A stretch of 64,000 bases of DNA from Peptococcaceae bacterium UBA5755 (lineage in GTDB: Bacteria; Bacillota; Dehalobacteriia; UBA4068; UBA5755), in contig DIFF01000012.1 of NCBI GenBank assembly GCA_002419005.1, positions 244,241 through 308,240 on the forward strand. Direction: 5' to 3'. Below are positions 40,643-50,369 of this stretch, piece by piece. How positions within the stretch are numbered: the stretch's first letter is position 1; every line of letters starts with the position of its first letter. Below the pieces are notes generated by a model that saw only the letters and a list, made by a program, of their open reading frames with translations, searched no databases and had not been told where the DNA came from. The position numbers and the translations under genes were made by a program.

Positions 40643-41662
40643 TTAATAATGGGAAAGAAGCCCCGACATCTCCTTACTGATTCTTTCCACCAAACCAATA
40701 ATTCGTGGATAATCCATACGGGTAGGGCCCAAAACACCAATGCTGCCCACCGTTTGGCCATTAATGGAATAAGAAGCACTTATAATACTGCAGCAATTCA
40801 TACTCTCGTTTGTCAATTCCTCACCAATATAAACCATGGTGCCAGGGCTTGCTTTGGGCAGTAAAAGTTGCCGCAAAAAATTATCCGTTTCCAGCACTTC
40901 CAGCACATAACGAACCTTCTCCAAATCCTTAAATTCCGGCTGGTTCAAAATGTTCAAGGTGCCATTAACCAGCACTTGGCTATCATCCTGCTTCCCTTTA
41001 ACCGAGCCAATCAGTTCCATAGCCTCCAAAAAAAGACCTTTATAAAAAAGCATATTATTAGCAATTTCTTTTAATGCCGTAAAGTTAAAATGCTCCATGT
41101 TTTGCCCTGCCAAGGTGGATTGCAAAATAGCCTCCATATACTGCAAATCTTTCTTTTGCAAAGGCTCATCCAATTCCAGCGGGCGATGATACACCGCATC
41201 ATCTTCTGTAATCATAATTAAAAGATACCGCTTCGGCTCTAGCGGCATTAAAGAAATCTTCTTTAAAGGAGCCGTAGTTATGTGGGGTTTAACCATAATA
41301 GCCGCATGGTTGGTAAGCTTAGAAAGAACACGGCAGGCATACTGAAAAAAAGCATCCATCTGGCTACCGCTATGAATAAACAACTGACTGATCAAATCAT
41401 CCTCTGCCTTGCTCACCGTCTCTGTTTCAATTAAATTGTCCACATAATAACGGTATCCCTTATCGGAAGGTATCCGCCCTGCCGAGGTGTGGGGCTGTTT
41501 AATGTAACCGAGCTCCTCAAGATCAGACATTTCATTACGAATGGTAGCAGGAGAAACGCCCAAATTATATTTATTGGCAATAGTACGTGAACCAACAGGT
41601 TCCGCGGTAGCTACATAATCATTGATGACCGCTCTTAACACTTGCTTTTTCCGCTCATCCAT
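40643..41662 (-). CDS. hrcA: Heat-inducible transcription repressor HrcA
   Basis: The N-terminal wHTH is ILRAVINDYVATAEPVGSRTIA. It is the first gene of the operon, preceded by CIRCE. RBS AGAGGTGA. Confidence 0.9.
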   Translation of the reverse strand: MDERKKQVLRAVINDYVATAEPVGSRTIANKYNLGVSPATIRNEMSDLEELGYIKQPHTSAGRIPSDKGYRYYVDNLIETETVSKAEDDLISQLFIHSGSQMDAFFQYACRVLSKLTNHAAIMVKPHITTAPLKKISLMPLEPKRYLLIMITEDDAVYHRPLELDEPLQKKDLQYMEAILQSTLAGQNMEHFNFTALKEIANNMLFYKGLFLEAMELIGSVKGKQDDSQVLVNGTLNILNQPEFKDLEKVRYVLEVLETDNFLRQLLLPKASPGTMVYIGEELTNESMNCCSIISASYSINGQTVGSIGVLGPTRMDYPRIIGLVERISKEMSGLLSHY

Positions 41663-41677
41663 ATTATCACCTCTTTG

Positions 41678-41704
41678 TTAGCACTCTCTTTTAATGAGTG
41701 CTAA
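41678..41704. promoter_or_regulatory. CIRCE operator (HrcA binding site): TTAGCACTC-N9-GAGTGCTAA
   Basis: A perfect 9 bp inverted repeat with a 9 nt spacer lies between the hrcA RBS and promoter. A third half-site, TTAGCACTT, sits at 41712-41720. Confidence 0.85.
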
Positions 41705-41708
41705 CAAA

Positions 41709-41737
41709 AGATTAGCACTTTACCCATTTTTTGTCAA
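41709..41737 (-). promoter_or_regulatory. Sigma-A promoter of the hrcA-grpE-dnaK-dnaJ operon: TTGACA, 17 nt spacer, TAATCT
   Basis: The minus strand reads TTGACAaaaaatgggtaaagtgcTAATCT. This is immediately upstream of CIRCE, the classic arrangement. Confidence 0.55.
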
Positions 41738-41764
41738 CATATTTTTGGGCAAACAAGAGCCCTT

Positions 41765-42898
41765 TTAAGGCAAAAAATATTGAAAAACAACATTACCCAA
41801 AAAAATGCCCCGCTCCGTAAGCCGCCAGCGGCCATTCTCTTTTTGCAAAAGACCTACCAACTGCAAATGAGCCAATTCTTGGGCATAAACAAGTTCCATA
41901 TCTTGGCCATAAAGGAGTTCAATTTCCACCGGGTCTATCCCTTCAGCCAGCCGCAACCCCAAAAAAACCGCCTCGGCCAGCACCGTAGCGGCATCCAATG
42001 CCTCTATCTCGCTGGGTGGCCGCAATCCGGCTAAAAGAGCCTGAGCATAAAAACCCAAATTGGTTTTATTTTGCCAACGGCAATTGCCCCGGCAAGAAGC
42101 AGCAGCCACTCCTAAACCTAAGTAATCCTGACGGTGCCAATAAGCGGTGTTGTGCCGGCTTGCATAACCAGCTTTAGCAAAATTGGCAATCTCATAAGGT
42201 AAATAGCCGGCTTTTGGCAATATTTCTCTTGCCAAAGCCAACATATCAGCCGAAAGGTCACTGTCGGCAATCGTTAGCCTGCCTTCTTTTTTTAGTTTAC
42301 CCCACGGACTTTTAGAAGACAAAGACAATCCATAAAGAGATAAATGCTCTACATCTAAAGCCAAAGCCTGCTGCAAATTCTTTTGCCAACCTTCCAGCAA
42401 TTGGCCTGGCAAGCCATAAATCAAATCAAGGCTCACATTGTCAAAACCAACCAAGTGGGCGGCTTCCACCGCCTCATAAATTTGTTTTGCCCGGTGAGTG
42501 CGACCCATGGCTGCAAGCTCCGCATCACAAAAGCTTTGAGCCCCCAAGGAAACCCTATTGCAACCGGCCTCTTTCAATTTTTGTAAATAAGCAAAATCTA
42601 CTGTACCAGGGTTTGCCTCCACCGTAATTTCCGCATCCGGCCGCAAATTAAAATAAGCACAAACAGAATAAATAAGATCGGCCAAAAGCTCTGCCGGTAG
42701 CACGGTGGGGGTCCCTCCCCCCACATAAAGGCTGCCCGGGCTTGTCAATGCCGGCCATTTTACCATCTCTTGTTTTAAAAGCTCCACATAATCCTGTGGC
42801 GAAACTACTGCTTCTACCAAAGGAAAAGAAAGAAAATCACAATAATTGCATTTGCTTTCACAATAAGGAATGTGGATATATATAGAATGCCAACCCAT
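41765..42898 (-). CDS. hemW: Radical SAM heme chaperone HemW (HemN-like, YqeR)
   Basis: The radical SAM cluster is CESKCNYCDF. It is HemW-sized (377 aa) and its position before lepA is conserved. Confidence 0.8.
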   Translation of the reverse strand: MGWHSIYIHIPYCESKCNYCDFLSFPLVEAVVSPQDYVELLKQEMVKWPALTSPGSLYVGGGTPTVLPAELLADLIYSVCAYFNLRPDAEITVEANPGTVDFAYLQKLKEAGCNRVSLGAQSFCDAELAAMGRTHRAKQIYEAVEAAHLVGFDNVSLDLIYGLPGQLLEGWQKNLQQALALDVEHLSLYGLSLSSKSPWGKLKKEGRLTIADSDLSADMLALAREILPKAGYLPYEIANFAKAGYASRHNTAYWHRQDYLGLGVAAASCRGNCRWQNKTNLGFYAQALLAGLRPPSEIEALDAATVLAEAVFLGLRLAEGIDPVEIELLYGQDMELVYAQELAHLQLVGLLQKENGRWRLTERGIFLGNVVFQYFLP

Positions 42899-42923
42899 TA
42901 TATCACCTGTTTTTCAGCTAAAC

Positions 42924-44726
42924 CTATTTGATTTCCAGCACCGCCATAAAAGCCTCCTGGGGAATTTCTACGCTTCCTACCTGCTTCATACGTTTTTTGC
43001 CTTCTTTTTGCTTTTCTAAAAGCTTGCGTTTGCGAGTGATGTCACCGCCATAGCATTTTTCCAAAACATCTTTACGAAGGGCTTTCACGGTCTCTCTGGC
43101 TATAATTTTGTTACCAATAGCCGCCTGGATGGGAATATCAAAAAGCTGCCTGGGAATGATGCTTCTAAGTTTTTCTACCAGGACCCGACCCCGGTTATAA
43201 GCCTTATCTTTGTGCACAATGCAAGAAAGAGCATCCACCACATCAGAATTTACCATAATATCAAGCTTCATCAAATCGGCCAGCTTATTGCCAACCAGCT
43301 CATAATTAAAAGAGGCATAGCCCTTGGTACGGGATTTAAGTTGGTCAAAAAAGTCAAAAATTATCTCGCTCAAAGGTAAATCATAAAAGAGCATCACCCG
43401 AGTGGGGGTAATATACTCCATGTTCAAAAAAGTACCCCGTCGATCCTGGGCCAACTCCATAATGTTGCCAATATAATCCGAAGGCACCATGATAGTCGCT
43501 TTAACATAAGGCTCCTCAATACCGGCCACTTCAGTAGCAGAAGGCAGTTTAGTAGGGTTATCAACCTGAATAACCGAGCCGTTAGTAAGGGTAACCCGAT
43601 AATTAACGCTGGGAGCAGTAGTGATCAAAACCAAATCATATTCCCGCTCCAGCCTTTCTTTGACAATTTCCATGTGCAAAAGGCCCAAAAACCCACACCG
43701 GAAGCCAAAACCCAAAGCAACCGAGGTCTCCGCCTCATAAGAAAGAGCAGAATCATTCATCTGTAATTTTTCTAAAGCTTCTTTCAGTTCTTCATACTGG
43801 CTAGCTTCCACCGGGTAAAGACCACAATATACCATGGAAACAGCTTTGCGATAACCAGGCAAAGCCATGGCCACCGGCTGCTTTAGCTCTGTCACTGTGT
43901 CTCCAACCTGAGTATCACTAACGGTTTTAATGCTGGCCGTAAAAAACCCAACCTCACCTGCTTCCAAACTTTCCACAATCTTCACGCCGGGGGTAGCCAC
44001 CCCTACTTCAATAACTTCAAAAGTTTTGTTGGTGCCCATAATCAATGCTTGGGTGCCTTTTTTAATGCAGCCGTCCATAACCCGAATATTTGGCACCGCC
44101 CCTTTGTATGCATCAAAATGCGAGTCAAAAATCAAAGCCGCCAAAGGAGCCTCTTTGTCCCCCTTGGGAGCTGGAATGCGTTTTACAATGGCTTCCAAAA
44201 TTTCTTTGGTACCCTGGCCGGTCTTAGCCGAGCAAAGAATAGCATCATTGGCCGGCAGGCCAATAACCTCTTCAATTTGGGCTCTGGTCCCTTCTGGATC
44301 AGCGGCCGGCAGATCTATCTTATTGATGACCGGGATAATCTCCAAATTACTGTCCACCGCCAAATAAACATTGGCCAATGTTTGAGCCTCAATGCCCTGA
44401 GCGGCATCCACCACCAAAAGGGCCCCCTCGCAAGCAGCCAAGCTGCGAGAAACCTCATAATTAAAATCAACATGACCCGGAGTATCAATTAAGTTTAAAA
44501 CATAAGTTTCCCCATCATCAGCCTTGTATTGCAGCCGCACTGCCTTCAGCTTTATGGTAATGCCCCGTTCCCGTTCCAAATCCATGTTATCCAAAACCTG
44601 GGTCTCCATTTCCCTAGCCGACAAAGCCCCGGTATATTCCAGTAAACGGTCAGCCAAGGTGGATTTGCCATGGTCAATATGCGCAATTATACAAAAATTC
44701 CTGATTCTTTCCTGTACTAAAGCCAT
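42924..44726 (-). CDS. lepA: Elongation factor 4 (LepA)
   Basis: It has [12 protein letters not shown] and DTPGHVDF G-motifs. The protein is 600 aa. Confidence 0.95.
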   Translation of the reverse strand: MALVQERIRNFCIIAHIDHGKSTLADRLLEYTGALSAREMETQVLDNMDLERERGITIKLKAVRLQYKADDGETYVLNLIDTPGHVDFNYEVSRSLAACEGALLVVDAAQGIEAQTLANVYLAVDSNLEIIPVINKIDLPAADPEGTRAQIEEVIGLPANDAILCSAKTGQGTKEILEAIVKRIPAPKGDKEAPLAALIFDSHFDAYKGAVPNIRVMDGCIKKGTQALIMGTNKTFEVIEVGVATPGVKIVESLEAGEVGFFTASIKTVSDTQVGDTVTELKQPVAMALPGYRKAVSMVYCGLYPVEASQYEELKEALEKLQMNDSALSYEAETSVALGFGFRCGFLGLLHMEIVKERLEREYDLVLITTAPSVNYRVTLTNGSVIQVDNPTKLPSATEVAGIEEPYVKATIMVPSDYIGNIMELAQDRRGTFLNMEYITPTRVMLFYDLPLSEIIFDFFDQLKSRTKGYASFNYELVGNKLADLMKLDIMVNSDVVDALSCIVHKDKAYNRGRVLVEKLRSIIPRQLFDIPIQAAIGNKIIARETVKALRKDVLEKCYGGDITRKRKLLEKQKEGKKRMKQVGSVEIPQEAFMAVLEIK

Positions 44727-44751
44727 CAGTAAATCTCCTATTCTTCATTTT

Positions 44752-46395
44752 CTATTCTTCTTCAACTTCAACGGTCTTTTTGCCCCGCCGCAAACGTCTT
44801 TTAAAAATATCCATAACCACATCGGCCTCTTCCATCTTCATAGCCAAAGTGATGACACCAAAAACACCCGCCCCAGCCGCAATAGCAATACCCACCTGCA
44901 AAATTTGGCCAATTTTGCTTTCAACTCCAATGGTGGCTCCCAAAATAGCTGCAAAGGCAACTACCACAATAGCCATGGCAAGAGAGGCCACTGTCACCTG
45001 AACAAAAGATTTAATCAACGCCTTTAGGCCAATGCGACCGATCTTACGCCGCAAAAGAATAATCAACACCACCATATTATACAACCCAGCAATGGAATAA
45101 GCCAAAGCCAAGCCGTTTTGCTGCATTATCCTCACCAAATAAAGGTTAAGTACAATGTTAACAACAATAGAAAAAACAGCCGCCATAACCGGGGTCCTAG
45201 TATCCTGCAAGGAATAAAAAGCCCGCGCCAAAACATGGATAGCCGCATAAGCTACAATACTAATACTGTAAAAAAGCACTATCTGAGCGGTTACTGTGGT
45301 GTTGGAGGCCGTAAAAGCCCCACCGGAAAACTCAAAGATCAAACGAATTATCGGTTCTCGCAAAATGGCAATGCCAACTGCTGCCGGCACCGTAATAAAA
45401 ATAACCGATCGAAGCCCGGTAAAAGTAGACTTTTTAAATTCTTCCATTTTGCCTTGAGCTACATAAGCCGTCATGGTGGGGAAGAAGGCCATCGCAATAG
45501 AAATACCAAAAATGGAAATAGGCACCTGCATTAGCCTTTGGCCGGAGCGTAAAGCAGCCACCATACCCTCCGCCAAACCAGAGGCTAAATACTGATTAAC
45601 AAAAAGATTTATCTGGCTGGCCGACAAGCTAATTAAAATAGGCAGCATTAGGGCAAGCAATCTTTTTACCCCCGGGTGCCGCCAATCCAGGCTAAACTCA
45701 TACTGCATGCCAACCTTGTATAAAGCAGGAACCTGCACTGCAAAGTAAATTATGGCACCCACCACCACCCCAATGGAAAAACCGGCAATGCCATGGCCGG
45801 GCCACATGACCTCAATAGGGGTAGCAAAAAGCAAACCAACAACAATGATGCCCAAATTATACAAAACCGAACCTAAAGCAGGAGAAGTAAAATGCCTGTA
45901 AGAATTCAAAATGCCGGTGGAAATGCCTGCCAAACAAATAAAAATGACCTGAATAAACATAATACGGGTCAAACTTACCGTGAGGACTTTTGTTGCCTCG
46001 GTAAAACCGGGCACCAAAATGTTTACCAACTGGGGGGTAAAAATATAGCCAAAAAACACACAAATGCCCAAAAGCAGCATCACCCAGTTAATAACAATGC
46101 TGGCGATCTTCCAGCCTTCCGCCTCATCATCCCGAGCAATATAACTGGAAAAAACCGGAATAAAAGCGGCACTTAAAGCACCACCTACCAAAACCATATA
46201 CAAAAAATCGGGAATAGAAAAAGCAGCATTATAAGCATCTGTTAAATTGTTTTGGCCAAACTTAAAATAAATGATACTGTCACGGAAGTAACCCAATACA
46301 CGTGAAGCTATCATCGCAATCATCAACAACCCCGCTGTTTGTAAAACAGCACTGTTTTTCTTTTCCCCCATAATTTGCCAAGTCTCCTTAGCCAA
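44752..46395 (-). CDS. murJ: Lipid II flippase MurJ (MviN family)
   Basis: It has 14 predicted TM helices and the N-terminal motif SRVLGYFRD typical of MurJ. Confidence 0.75.
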   Translation of the reverse strand: MAKETWQIMGEKKNSAVLQTAGLLMIAMIASRVLGYFRDSIIYFKFGQNNLTDAYNAAFSIPDFLYMVLVGGALSAAFIPVFSSYIARDDEAEGWKIASIVINWVMLLLGICVFFGYIFTPQLVNILVPGFTEATKVLTVSLTRIMFIQVIFICLAGISTGILNSYRHFTSPALGSVLYNLGIIVVGLLFATPIEVMWPGHGIAGFSIGVVVGAIIYFAVQVPALYKVGMQYEFSLDWRHPGVKRLLALMLPILISLSASQINLFVNQYLASGLAEGMVAALRSGQRLMQVPISIFGISIAMAFFPTMTAYVAQGKMEEFKKSTFTGLRSVIFITVPAAVGIAILREPIIRLIFEFSGGAFTASNTTVTAQIVLFYSISIVAYAAIHVLARAFYSLQDTRTPVMAAVFSIVVNIVLNLYLVRIMQQNGLALAYSIAGLYNMVVLIILLRRKIGRIGLKALIKSFVQVTVASLAMAIVVVAFAAILGATIGVESKIGQILQVGIAIAAGAGVFGVITLAMKMEEADVVMDIFKRRLRRGKKTVEVEEE

Positions 46396-46397
46396 GT

Positions 46398-47030
46398 TTA
46401 GTGATCAGCGGCATCTTGTCTCATCCAGCCGGAAGTAGCCTCAATAGCCTCATATATCTCATCTTGAGTCTTGTATAATTTTATGGTACCGCAAATATCA
46501 TCAAAAACCTGCCTAAACTCTTCATAATCATTCACGCCAGCCAAAAAAACAGCATAATACCGCACCCCATCCAAAGGCTGCCACACAATGGCTGAAGCAA
46601 TGGCCGTCGTACCATCAGCCTCTCCTTGGCAAACAACCTTATAAGCATCATCCAGCTGGCCATATGGTCCAGAAGAAAGGCTCTCGATCTCACTTAGGCT
46701 TCCTTCCAGTATAGTTACAAGACTTTGGCCGGCTTCCGCCAAAGATAAATAATCATAGCCGCCTATTTCTGACAAGAGTAACAAGGTCATGCTGTCTTCC
46801 TCATCAACAAAAAAGACCATGTTTTCCGTTTCTTCCTTAACTTGCCAATCCCCCGGCACAGAAACAGAAAAACCACCTGGGTGCTTATATTGTGTTGGTT
46901 CCAGCTGAGATAACCGCAAAGCCATCTCTTCTGTTTTATTATTGCAACCCGCAAACATTACACAAACAAAAACAGCCAACCCAAACAACAACATTTTTTG
47001 TTTTAATGATTTGATTATATTTTCTCCCAA
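46398..47030 (-). CDS. Hypothetical lipoprotein (lipobox FAGC), beta-rich body with weak PsbP/DcrB-like character
   Basis: It has a signal peptide plus Cys. FSVSVPGDWQVKEE...MVFFVDEE resembles the PsbP/DUF1795 fold, though no confident family assignment is possible. Confidence 0.4.
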   Translation of the reverse strand: MGENIIKSLKQKMLLFGLAVFVCVMFAGCNNKTEEMALRLSQLEPTQYKHPGGFSVSVPGDWQVKEETENMVFFVDEEDSMTLLLLSEIGGYDYLSLAEAGQSLVTILEGSLSEIESLSSGPYGQLDDAYKVVCQGEADGTTAIASAIVWQPLDGVRYYAVFLAGVNDYEEFRQVFDDICGTIKLYKTQDEIYEAIEATSGWMRQDAADH

Positions 47031-47074
47031 TTTAATCCTCCGTCTTTTTTATTTTTAACTCTGTCCCCCAAAAA

Positions 47075-47536
47075 TCATCGCAAAATTTCTTTTGCCATCT
47101 GTAAAGCAGCTTGCACCGAAGCCTGCCTAATGGCATCTCTTTTACCGGCAAAATTAAATTTACAAAATTTTTCATCAGTGTCGGTACTTACAGCAACATA
47201 TACCAAACCAACCGGCTTTTCTGCACTGCTACCACCGGGCCCGGCAATACCAGTAATGCCAATGCCAAGCTGGGCTCCTGCAAGCTTTCGTACGCCCCCT
47301 GCCATAGCTTTAGCAACCTCTGGACTTACCGCACCAAAACAAGCAAGCATGTCTTTTGGCACCGCCAAAAGCTTTGTTTTTGCCGCATTGCTATAAGTCA
47401 CAACACCAAAACCAAAACACGCCGAGCTGCCTGGCACATCCGTAATAGCAGCAGAAAGCAACCCACCGGTACAGGATTCGGCACAGGCTACCTGCCAACC
47501 CATTTTTCGCAATTTTTTTACCAATTCTTGGGCCAA
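47075..47536 (-). CDS. pncC: CinA C-terminal domain protein (nicotinamide-nucleotide amidohydrolase PncC-like)
   Basis: The 153 aa protein has CAESCTGGLL and GIAGPGG motifs. Confidence 0.8.
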   Translation of the reverse strand: MAQELVKKLRKMGWQVACAESCTGGLLSAAITDVPGSSACFGFGVVTYSNAAKTKLLAVPKDMLACFGAVSPEVAKAMAGGVRKLAGAQLGIGITGIAGPGGSSAEKPVGLVYVAVSTDTDEKFCKFNFAGKRDAIRQASVQAALQMAKEILR

Positions 47537-47573
47537 AGCAAGCCCTCCTAATATAGCCTTAAAATAATATCTC

Positions 47574-48107
47574 CTATTTGGAATTAAACAAAACCGACTT
47601 GCATTTCAAAAAATAATCCACGCCGGAATAAACGGTAAAAAACAAGGCTACATATAAAAGAACTGTACCGATGGCATAACACCAGGGTAAGTTTGCCAAA
47701 ATCAAAAAAATTACGGCCAACATTTGGCTAACGGTCTTTATTTTTCCTAAGCGAGATGCGGCAACCACAAGACCATCCGCCACCACCAGGGTTCGCAAGC
47801 CGGTCACAGCAAATTCCCGAAAAACAATTATGATCAAAACCCAGGCCGGCACCAAATTAATCGCAACCAAGCAAATAAGAGCGGCGCAAACCAAAATCTT
47901 ATCTGCCAACGGGTCTAAAAATTTACCCAAATTGCTCACCAAATTACGTGAGCGGGCCAAATAGCCATCCAAACTATCAGTAAGAGCAGCTACAATAAAA
48001 ATAATCGCTGATATGTAGCGGCAAGCCGTATTATCAATAAGCAAAAAAATCACAAAAACCGGTACCATACAAATACGAATAAAAGTTATCTTAGTTGGTA
48101 AATTCAT
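47574..48107 (-). CDS. pgsA: CDP-diacylglycerol--glycerol-3-phosphate 3-phosphatidyltransferase
   Basis: It has the CDP-alcohol phosphatidyltransferase motif DSLDGYLAR...GKFLDPLADK. Confidence 0.85.
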   Translation of the reverse strand: MNLPTKITFIRICMVPVFVIFLLIDNTACRYISAIIFIVAALTDSLDGYLARSRNLVSNLGKFLDPLADKILVCAALICLVAINLVPAWVLIIIVFREFAVTGLRTLVVADGLVVAASRLGKIKTVSQMLAVIFLILANLPWCYAIGTVLLYVALFFTVYSGVDYFLKCKSVLFNSK

Positions 48108-49447
48108 TTTTTCTCCACCTCTCCGAAAACATCATAAATGTCTGCGGCAGCAATTTTTATTTTTACAAATTCTCCGGCCTTAAAGCCGTTTATCTCTTTT
48201 ACAAAAACCACCCCGTCTACTTCCGGGGCTTGATAGGCCATGCGTCCCTGCCACCAGCCCGGCATATCCGGGGCTGGGCCTTCCAAAAGCACCGGTACAC
48301 TTTGGCCAAGCCACTTTTGCTGCTGCTGAGCCGAAAGCTCTGCCAAAACAGCCATAAGAGCAGCATAACGTTTTTTCTTAGTGGCCTTTGTTACCTGAGG
48401 CAAAAGCAAAGCCGCTGGGGTGTCATCTTCTTTAGAATAGGTAAAAGCCCCTACCCAGGTAAAATGACCTTCCTTTACAAAATCCAGCAATTCATCAAAT
48501 TGTTTTTTTGTTTCCCCGGGAAATCCTACCATAAAAGTAGTGCGCAAAGCAACATCCGGCAGCCATTTTTTTATTAAATTTATTTTTTCCAAAATCGTTG
48601 CTTTTGTATCTCGCCCGCCCATGGCCCGCAAAATCTCATTGTTCACATGCTGCAACGGCATATCAAGATAATGGCATATATTGGGGTTAGCAGCCATAAC
48701 CGCCAAAAGTTTTTCATCAATGCGGCCAGGGTAACAATACATCAGGCGAATCCAGGTAAAAGGCAATACCGCCAATTCCTTCAAAAGCTCGGCAAGCAAA
48801 CTTTCCCCTTTTATATCCAGGCCATAAGCGGTAGTATCCTGAGCTATCACAACCAATTCCTTCACGCCTTTGGCCACCAAAAGTTCTGCTTCTGCCAAAA
48901 GGCTTTTTTTGCTGCGGCTTTTCAGGCTGCCCCGCAACTCGGGGATCAAACAATAGGTGCAATGGTTGCTGCAGCCCTCGGCAATTTTTAAATAGGCTAA
49001 ATGCGATGGCGTAATAAGTTTTCGCTCAACATAGCAACTTTCCAAATCTTTGGGTATTTCAACCGGGGCAGCCTGAGGCTGTAAAAGCCGGCTCAAAAGG
49101 CTCGCAATATGATGATACTCGCTCGTCCCCAAAGCTCCGTCCAGCTCCGGCATGGCCGCCAAAAGCTCCTCTTTATACTTTTCCGTTAAACAGCCTGTAG
49201 CAAGCAACCACCGGCAAGAACCGGCTTTTTTATATTCCGCCAACGCCAAAATAGTATTGATAGATTCCTCCTTGGCACTCTCAATAAATCCACAGGTGTT
49301 AACAATTATTACTTCGGCGCAAGCAGGATCTTCCACTAAAGCAAAGCGATGATGTTGCAAAATACCCAACATCATCTCACTGTCTACCAGGTTTTTGGAA
49401 CAACCCAAACTTTCCAAATATATTGTTGTTTGTATACCATTTTTCAT
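48104..49447 (-). CDS. rimO: Ribosomal protein S12 methylthiotransferase RimO (MiaB-family radical SAM). RimO versus MiaB is not fully resolved.
   Basis: It has a UPF0004 N-domain with Cys triad, the radical SAM motif CSNHCTYC and a TRAM domain. FTYSKEDDTPAA resembles the RimO signature. Confidence 0.6.
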   Translation of the reverse strand: MKNGIQTTIYLESLGCSKNLVDSEMMLGILQHHRFALVEDPACAEVIIVNTCGFIESAKEESINTILALAEYKKAGSCRWLLATGCLTEKYKEELLAAMPELDGALGTSEYHHIASLLSRLLQPQAAPVEIPKDLESCYVERKLITPSHLAYLKIAEGCSNHCTYCLIPELRGSLKSRSKKSLLAEAELLVAKGVKELVVIAQDTTAYGLDIKGESLLAELLKELAVLPFTWIRLMYCYPGRIDEKLLAVMAANPNICHYLDMPLQHVNNEILRAMGGRDTKATILEKINLIKKWLPDVALRTTFMVGFPGETKKQFDELLDFVKEGHFTWVGAFTYSKEDDTPAALLLPQVTKATKKKRYAALMAVLAELSAQQQQKWLGQSVPVLLEGPAPDMPGWWQGRMAYQAPEVDGVVFVKEINGFKAGEFVKIKIAAADIYDVFGEVEKK

Positions 49448-49493
49448 AAAACCAAAAGCCTTCCCTTACCAGGGTTTTACCCGGGCAACCAGA

Positions 49494-50369
49494 TTAGTGA
49501 ATAGTATTAGTATCTGTGGTTATTTTCTTTTCATAATTCACAGTAATAGGCTTACTTTCGTTAGCCAAAGGATAGGTAGTTTCCCCGTAAAAAGTAACTT
49601 GTACAGCAGCAGGGTTACCATAACGAATACTGATACTCTCTTCGCCGGTAAAAGTTCTTTCTGCCCCATCGGGCAAAGTCTCGCTGGTGCTTTTGCCTCC
49701 ATCAATGGAAACACTGATCCAACAAGCCCCACCAATTACATTGACCTTAACCAAAAACTCCTCCTCGCTTGCGGCAGGTTCTTCTTCAGCCGGGGTCGGT
49801 TGAATGCCAGGGTCTTCCTGATCAAGCGGGTTTTCCGTTATCGAAGGGTTTGTATTCTCCGGTTCGGGTGAGGTCATATTACGCTTGCCTACATAATAAA
49901 GAAAAACACAGGCCACAATGATGACAGCAATCAGAAATACCCAAATAAAACTATGCCGAAAAGATTTTTGCCTGGTTTCCAGCGGTTGTGGCGGCGGCGG
50001 AGTTTTGGCCTGGCTACTTACAACCCGAGGGTTTCTCACCTCTTCTTCCGGCACAGCTGTTTTGGCTTTTGCCCTAATTTTACCAAGGACGCCTTTTGGT
50101 GCTGATTCATCCGATGCAATAACAGGGGCCTCCCCATCCTCCTGCCAGGGATAATTTTTCTTAAAGCATTCCACCATGTCTTCTTCGTTAGCTCCCACAT
50201 ACCTAGAATAAGTACGCAAAAAGCCCAGGGCATAAATTCTCCCCGGTAAAATGTCATAATCACCGTTTTCTATGGCTTCCAAATAACGAATGCGAATCTT
50301 GGTATCTTCTTCCATCTGCCGCAGGGTTATTTTTTTGCTTAACCGCAAATCCTTAAGCCATTCTCCCAT
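49494..50369 (-). CDS. rodZ: Cytoskeleton protein RodZ. Likely start at MGEWL.
   Basis: It has an N-terminal XRE-type HTH, a TM helix and a C-terminal DUF4115 domain. The track start would overlap mnmH by 50 nt. Confidence 0.65.
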   Translation of the reverse strand: MGEWLKDLRLSKKITLRQMEEDTKIRIRYLEAIENGDYDILPGRIYALGFLRTYSRYVGANEEDMVECFKKNYPWQEDGEAPVIASDESAPKGVLGKIRAKAKTAVPEEEVRNPRVVSSQAKTPPPPQPLETRQKSFRHSFIWVFLIAVIIVACVFLYYVGKRNMTSPEPENTNPSITENPLDQEDPGIQPTPAEEEPAASEEEFLVKVNVIGGACWISVSIDGGKSTSETLPDGAERTFTGEESISIRYGNPAAVQVTFYGETTYPLANESKPITVNYEKKITTDTNTIH

